Of a DNA stretch of 32,000 nt, positions 27,955-32,000 are shown piece by piece. The stretch comes from Acholeplasma laidlawii PG-8A (GTDB taxonomy: Bacteria > Bacillota_I > Bacilli_A > Acholeplasmatales > Acholeplasmataceae), in assembly GCF_000018785.1 (NCBI RefSeq), contig NC_010163.1:270001-302000 (forward strand), given 5' to 3'. Below the pieces are notes generated by a model. That model searched no databases and was not told where the DNA came from. It saw only the letters and a list, made by a program, of their open reading frames with translations. Each line of letters starts with the position of its first letter. Position 1 is the stretch's first letter. Position numbers and translations under genes: made by a program.

Positions 27955-28803
27955 ATGGAAAAATATAACAAAACAACCGAATTTTATGTACCTGATAACA
28001 AACCTCTAGAAGAAGCTATCAAACGTACAACTCATATGGCAATTTTAGCGCACCATGACGATATTGAAATTGGTGCAATCGATGGTGTTTTACAAACATT
28101 TCAGAAACCAGACAAATGGTTCTTTGGTGTGGTTGTAACAGATGGTTCAGGTTCTTCACGTGGTGGAAATTATGCACACTACACAAATGAAGAAATGATG
28201 GTCGTTCGTAACCTTGAACAAAAAAAGGCTGCGTACTTAGGTGAATATGGACTACAAGCATTTATTAATTCTCCTTCAAAACAAACAAAAGATCCACAAG
28301 ATACAGTTGTTGTAGAAGAAATTAGAAAAATGATTTTAGACGCTCAACCAGAAGTGTTATATACACATAACCTAGCTGATAAACATGACACACATATTGG
28401 TGTTGTAACTAAGACCATTAAAGCGTTACGTTTATTACCGAAAGATAAACGTCCTAAAAAACTTTATGCAGTTGAAGTATGGCGTGATCTTGACTGGTTA
28501 AATGACGATGAAAAAGTTGCATTTAGTGTTGGTGGAAGACCAAACCTTACAAATAGCTTAGTTGAAGTGTTTGACTCACAAATTGACGGTGCAAAACGTT
28601 ATGACTTAGCTGCAATTGGTCGCCGTTTAGCGAATGCAACATTTGCTACAGCTCATGCGCTTGACCAATCTGATCAAGTTGTTAACGGTATGGATTTAAC
28701 ACCATTAATCGAAGATGACTCACTAGATATGGTAACATTCATCTTAGATGCAATTGACCGTTTCAGATTAGATGTTGAACAAAAAATAAGAAAAATTTTA
28801 TAA
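27955..28803 (+). CDS. PIG-L/LmbE-family deacetylase
   Basis: AILAHHDDIEIGAIDG metal-binding motif, VVVTDGSGSSR, VRNLEQKKAAYLG, LYTHNLADKHDTH. Confidence 0.88.
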   Translation: MEKYNKTTEFYVPDNKPLEEAIKRTTHMAILAHHDDIEIGAIDGVLQTFQKPDKWFFGVVVTDGSGSSRGGNYAHYTNEEMMVVRNLEQKKAAYLGEYGLQAFINSPSKQTKDPQDTVVVEEIRKMILDAQPEVLYTHNLADKHDTHIGVVTKTIKALRLLPKDKRPKKLYAVEVWRDLDWLNDDEKVAFSVGGRPNLTNSLVEVFDSQIDGAKRYDLAAIGRRLANATFATAHALDQSDQVVNGMDLTPLIEDDSLDMVTFILDAIDRFRLDVEQKIRKIL

Positions 28804-28808
28804 TAATG

Positions 28809-28844
28809 TATGCACTTTAGATAATCTAGAGTGCATATTTTTTT
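28809..28844 (+). terminator. Rho-independent terminator ending the salvage operon
   Basis: TATGCACTTTAG-ataat-CTAGAGTGCATA followed by TTTTTTT. Confidence 0.92.
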
Positions 28845-28864
28845 AATTTTACGAAATAAAGTCC

Positions 28865-28892
28865 TTGATTCAGTATGATTTCATGTTATAAT
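28865..28892 (+). promoter_or_regulatory. Promoter P1 for the DUF402 gene
   Basis: TTGATT-16 bp-TATAAT. Confidence 0.65.
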
Positions 28893-28904
28893 AGTCTTCC
28901 TGTA

Positions 28905-28934
28905 CTGACAACAAAAGCGCTTAGATGTTATAAT
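28905..28934 (+). promoter_or_regulatory. Promoter P2 for the DUF402 gene
   Basis: CTGACA-18 bp-TATAAT. Confidence 0.55.
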
Positions 28935-28957
28935 ACATTTAAGTAGGTGAGACTTAT

Positions 28958-29542
28958 ATGAAATTAAAAAAAGCAAAAAAAATCCAAATACATGGCTATA
29001 AACATGATGGTAGTTTACACCGAGTGTGGATAAATTCATTTGTTGTTGATGATAATGAATCATATTTAGTTACAGGAAATCAAAGAACAAAAGTGATTGA
29101 ATCTAGTGGCCGTAGTTGGTATACCAAAGAACCAGCACTATGTTATTTCTTTGAAAAAGAATGGTTTAACATTATAGCAATGTTTAAAAAAGATGGTATA
29201 CATTATTATTGTAATGTATCAAGTCCTTATGTGTATGACTCAGAAGCGATTAAATATATAGATTATGATCTAGACATCAGAGTCTATCCAAATGGTCGTA
29301 TCGTGGTTTTAGATCGTAAAGAATTTGAAACAAATAGCAGTAAATTAAACTATTCGGAAGACATTATAAAAATCGCTAATCACGCGATTACCGAACTTAA
29401 AGCCTGGATTAAGGAAAAGCGTCCACCATTTGATGATGTGACTGTAAAATTGAATTTAGAGACATTTAAGAAGGTTTTAGACTATCATAAAGAGTTAAAA
29501 GAAACAAAGAATATTGAAAGGAATAGGAAAAGGGATAAATGA
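28958..29542 (+). CDS. DUF402-family protein (possible nucleoside di/triphosphatase, Ntdp-like)
   Basis: IQIHGYKHDGSLHRVW, YFFEKEWFNIIAMFKKDGIHYYCNVSSPYV, IKYIDYDLDIRVYPNG.. DRKEFE. Confidence 0.85.
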   Translation: MKLKKAKKIQIHGYKHDGSLHRVWINSFVVDDNESYLVTGNQRTKVIESSGRSWYTKEPALCYFFEKEWFNIIAMFKKDGIHYYCNVSSPYVYDSEAIKYIDYDLDIRVYPNGRIVVLDRKEFETNSSKLNYSEDIIKIANHAITELKAWIKEKRPPFDDVTVKLNLETFKKVLDYHKELKETKNIERNRKRDK

Positions 29543-30075
29543 TCGAAAAAACTTATGAAGAAATAAAGTATGACCTTATTATTAAGCGTCTAAAAGAACG
29601 TGGTGTGGAGGTAGCTGATATTGCTAAAATCACACTAGATTTACAAAAACCATACTTAAAGGATATGACACTTGAAATTTGTATAGACCACGTGAATCGT
29701 GTTTTAATCAAAAGAGAAGTTCAAAATGCTGTATTAACAGGTATTGAGTTAGACGTTTTAGCAGAAAAAGGATTACTTTCAGAACCACTTTCAACGATAC
29801 TTATGGAAGACTACGGTCTATATGGTGTTGATGAAATCTTAGCGTTATCTATCGTCAACGTTTATGGATCCATTGGATTAACAAACTTTGGTTATGTAGA
29901 TAAACTAAAATTAGGTATCATCAAAGAACTAGATACGAAACAAGAAGGTGTGGTACGTTGTAACACATTCTTAGATGACCTAGTTGGTGGTGTTGCAGCT
30001 GCTGCAGCTGGTAGCATTGCACATAAATATGCAGATACTACAAAAGTACTAGAAGCATACAAAAAAGCTATATAA
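29539..30075 (+). CDS. Phosphatidylglycerophosphatase A-like protein (PgpA/YutG-like)
   Basis: ERGVEVADIAKITLDLQKPYL, HVNRVLIKREVQNAVLTGIELD, VNVYGSIGLTNFGYVDK, NTFLDDLVGGVAAAAAGSIAHKYA. Confidence 0.8.
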   Translation: MIEKTYEEIKYDLIIKRLKERGVEVADIAKITLDLQKPYLKDMTLEICIDHVNRVLIKREVQNAVLTGIELDVLAEKGLLSEPLSTILMEDYGLYGVDEILALSIVNVYGSIGLTNFGYVDKLKLGIIKELDTKQEGVVRCNTFLDDLVGGVAAAAAGSIAHKYADTTKVLEAYKKAI

Positions 30076-30083
30076 TAGATTAG

Positions 30084-30116
30084 AAAAAACTACTTTTCAT
30101 CGAGAGTAGTTTTTTT
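30084..30116 (+). terminator. Rho-independent terminator
   Basis: AAAAAACTACT-tttcatcgag-AGTAGTTTTTTT. Confidence 0.85.
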
Positions 30117-30120
30117 ATGA

Positions 30121-30149
30121 ATCACTAGTATATTTTATATTCTAGTGAT
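30121..30149. promoter_or_regulatory. Palindromic candidate operator in front of the sir2 gene
   Basis: ATCACTAG-N13-CTAGTGAT. The inner spacer is mostly self-complementary as well. Confidence 0.4.
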
Positions 30150-30175
30150 ATGATGAGGTTAAAGGAGAACTTTTT

Positions 30176-30886
30176 ATGACTATAAAAGAACTACAAACTA
30201 TCATAGATACATCGAACTATATCGTCTTTTTTGGTGGTGCTGGAGTATCTACAGAATCTGGTATTAAAGACTTTAGAAGTAAAGATGGTTTATATAGCCA
30301 AAAATTTAAAAACTACCGACCAGAAGATATCCTAAGTAGAAGTTTTTTCTTTAATCATACAAAAGATTTCTATGAGTATTTTAGACGCCACTTCTTAGAT
30401 ACTGGCATTAAACCAAATAAAGCACATATGTGGCTCAAAGATGCTGAAAGTATCGGTAAAGTTAAATGTGTTATTACTCAAAATATTGATGGACTCCATC
30501 AAATGGCAGGTTCAAAAAATGTAGTAGAACTCCACGGATCAGCTCACAGATATTACACAGTAAAAAAGAAACAACCTATTGATGGGTTAACCTACATTTT
30601 AAATACTGAAGATATACCAGTAGATAGTGAAGGCGATCTTATAAAGCCAGATGTTGTACTTTATGAAGAACCACTTAACTCTGAAGTAGTAAGAAAAGCC
30701 ATAGAAGAAATATCAAAGGCAGATACTTTAATTGTTGCAGGTACATCACTAACGGTTTATCCAGCAGCAAGTTTTATAGAATACTTTAAGGGTAAACACT
30801 TAATTGTGATAAATAAAGAGTATATGCAATTTAAACACTTTATTGAAGGTCAAGTTGGTGAAATTTTAAGTCAAATTAAGTTATAA
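30176..30886 (+). CDS. Sir2-family NAD-dependent protein deacylase
   Basis: FFGGAGVSTESGIKDFRSKDGLY, ITQNIDGLHQMAG, VVELHGS, KPDVVLYEE, VAGTSLTVYPAA. RBS AAAGGAG. Confidence 0.92.
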   Translation: MTIKELQTIIDTSNYIVFFGGAGVSTESGIKDFRSKDGLYSQKFKNYRPEDILSRSFFFNHTKDFYEYFRRHFLDTGIKPNKAHMWLKDAESIGKVKCVITQNIDGLHQMAGSKNVVELHGSAHRYYTVKKKQPIDGLTYILNTEDIPVDSEGDLIKPDVVLYEEPLNSEVVRKAIEEISKADTLIVAGTSLTVYPAASFIEYFKGKHLIVINKEYMQFKHFIEGQVGEILSQIKL

Positions 30887-30897
30887 GAAAATAAAAA

Positions 30898-30925
30898 AAG
30901 TTCTCAAGCATTTACTTGAGAACTT
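30898..30925. terminator. Bidirectional terminator between sir2 and tRNA-Gly
   Basis: AAGTTCTCAAG-cattta-CTTGAGAACTT. The A tract on the left gives a T tract for minus-strand transcription; TTGTTTATT lies to the right. Confidence 0.75.
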
Positions 30926-30938
30926 GTTTATTATTTAC

Positions 30939-31013
30939 TGGAGCCGGTGAGCAGGATCGAACTGCCGTCTAAGCCTTGGCAAGGCCTTGTAATAACCATT
31001 ATACGACACCGAC
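30939..31013 (-). tRNA. tRNA-Gly(GCC), CCA encoded
   Basis: Minus strand GTCGGTG TC GTATAATGGTTATTAC A AGGCC TTGCCAA GGCTT AGAC GGCAG TTCGATC CTGCT CACCGGC T CCA folds into a cloverleaf. Anticodon GCC. Confidence 0.93.
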
Positions 31014-31026
31014 ATGTTGCTTTATT

Positions 31027-31055
31027 ATGATATCAAATGCATCCATACTTGTCAA
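31027..31055 (-). promoter_or_regulatory. Promoter of tRNA-Gly
   Basis: On the minus strand, TTGACA (31055-31050), 17-bp spacer, TATCAT (31032-31027), about 14 bp upstream of the tRNA 5' end. Confidence 0.7.
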
Positions 31056-31176
31056 GCCTTATTTCAAAAAAGATTTACTTTTTTTCTAACTTATTCATTT
31101 GTAAGAATTATACCACAAATCTTTGGTAAAAAGAAACCGATAAGTTGATGTTATAATATGTATTAGGGTGAACACA

Positions 31177-32000
31177 ATGAAAAAAAGACTGCGAAAAACA
31201 TGGATTTATTTTTTACTTGGAATTGTAGTAAGTTTTTTTTATGTTTTATTAATTTATGAAAACTTTTTTACACATTTAAATAAGGGCTTAAATACAGTAC
31301 CCTTTTATGTGCACATAATATATATGTTCATAGCTTTATTTCTAGCTATCTTTGCACATGAGATGGGGCACTTCATCTCATTTGTTAAACAAGGCATAAA
31401 ACCCAAGGCTTTATATGCCCTTGGTATCGCCTTTGTAAATGACAATGGACTAAAGATTAGATTCGTACCTAAATTTCTTCTGATGATTGGTGGTATCGTC
31501 ATACCTGATCACTTAAGTATTCAATCTAAGGATGAAGAAGAAACAATGGTTCATAAATTTAAAAGAGTTTTACTAGCAGGGCCTAAAGCATCTATTATAT
31601 ATGGTGTCCTCATAATATTAATCTGGATACTTTGTTTATTTACGAATATATATTGGTTAAATGGATTTTTATTCACCGTGTTGATTGTAACCTCCATCAT
31701 GACAGTGCTTGCTGTATTATCCTCTAAAGTATCTAGAGCAGGTATGTATGGAGACTTTGCAGCAGAAAAAGCATTTGATAAGGATAAACTCTTTAGATTA
31801 ACCTATCTAATCCAGTTAACAACCTTAATTGAGCACGATAAGGAAAGTATGGCATACTTTTGGCCAAGCATCGTAGAGATGCTTGAAACACAGCATCAGG
31901 CGCATTCACAGCTTTATACCAACCTTTTAGGTCAATACATATATGAGGTTGCATTTCATGGGCAAATTGCATGTCTAAGTATTGAAAAGAAGATGAACAG
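31177..32000 (+). CDS. M50-like HExxH integral membrane metalloprotease, truncated by the right edge
   Basis: Hand translation: MKKRLRKTWIYFLLGIVVSFFYVLLIYENFF...MFIALFLAIFAHEMGHFISFVKQGIKPKALYALGIAF... No stop before 32000. Not in the supplied ORF track. TATAAT at 31152-31157. Confidence 0.8.
   Translation, partial: MKKRLRKTWIYFLLGIVVSFFYVLLIYENFFTHLNKGLNTVPFYVHIIYMFIALFLAIFAHEMGHFISFVKQGIKPKALYALGIAFVNDNGLKIRFVPKFLLMIGGIVIPDHLSIQSKDEEETMVHKFKRVLLAGPKASIIYGVLIILIWILCLFTNIYWLNGFLFTVLIVTSIMTVLAVLSSKVSRAGMYGDFAAEKAFDKDKLFRLTYLIQLTTLIEHDKESMAYFWPSIVEMLETQHQAHSQLYTNLLGQYIYEVAFHGQIACLSIEKKMN

Noticed and set aside
28019-29063. ORFs at 28019-28261 and 28881-29063
   Set aside because: The first is antisense to the PIG-L gene. 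The second overlaps the tandem promoters and the DUF402 start, and its composition is not protein-like.
31305-31502. Minus-strand ORF (65 aa)
   Set aside because: Antisense to the HExxH protease frame, which is much longer.
1-32000. CRISPR arrays, transposases, phage or toxin-antitoxin genes, rRNA, TGA-Trp recoding
   Set aside because: No direct-repeat/spacer pattern, integrase or transposase motifs, or rRNA seen. TGA is used as a stop in ATGA overlaps and Trp is TGG throughout the ORFs, so there is no sign of code 4.

Overview
AT-rich window with nearly all genes on the + strand. TGA acts as a stop (ATGA and TAATG stop/start overlaps), so the code is standard. The style suggests a Mollicutes/Acholeplasma- or Izemoplasma-like, possibly wall-less host, but that is inference. 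The window is dominated by a peptidoglycan (MurNAc/GlcNAc) salvage locus. It contains an AmpC/YbbE-like serine hydrolase (cut by the left edge), a BIG2/beta-helix/Amidase_2 lipoprotein, and a large TM-anchored surface protein. These are followed by about 22 kb (6850-28803) of tightly packed co-directional genes: two solute-binding proteins, two sugar ABC permease pairs with no ATPase, an NHL/TPR membrane protein, a Yip1-like protein, a DUF5696-like protein and a DUF624-like protein. The same block continues with NamZ (DUF1343), NagZ (GH3), a BadF-type MurNAc/GlcNAc kinase (MurK-like), MurQ, a GNAT, NagB, a ROK-like protein and a PIG-L deacetylase, and ends at a strong terminator. NagA is missing, and the PIG-L protein is a candidate functional replacement. 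To the right are a DUF402 protein, a PgpA/YutG-like protein, a Sir2 protein lacking the usual zinc cysteines, tRNA-Gly(GCC) on the minus strand with its own promoter, and an edge-truncated HExxH membrane protease that is absent from the supplied ORF track. Two perfect matches to the degenerate cre consensus lie in inverted orientation over the promoter of the surface-protein gene. No CRISPR array, transposase or rRNA was seen.
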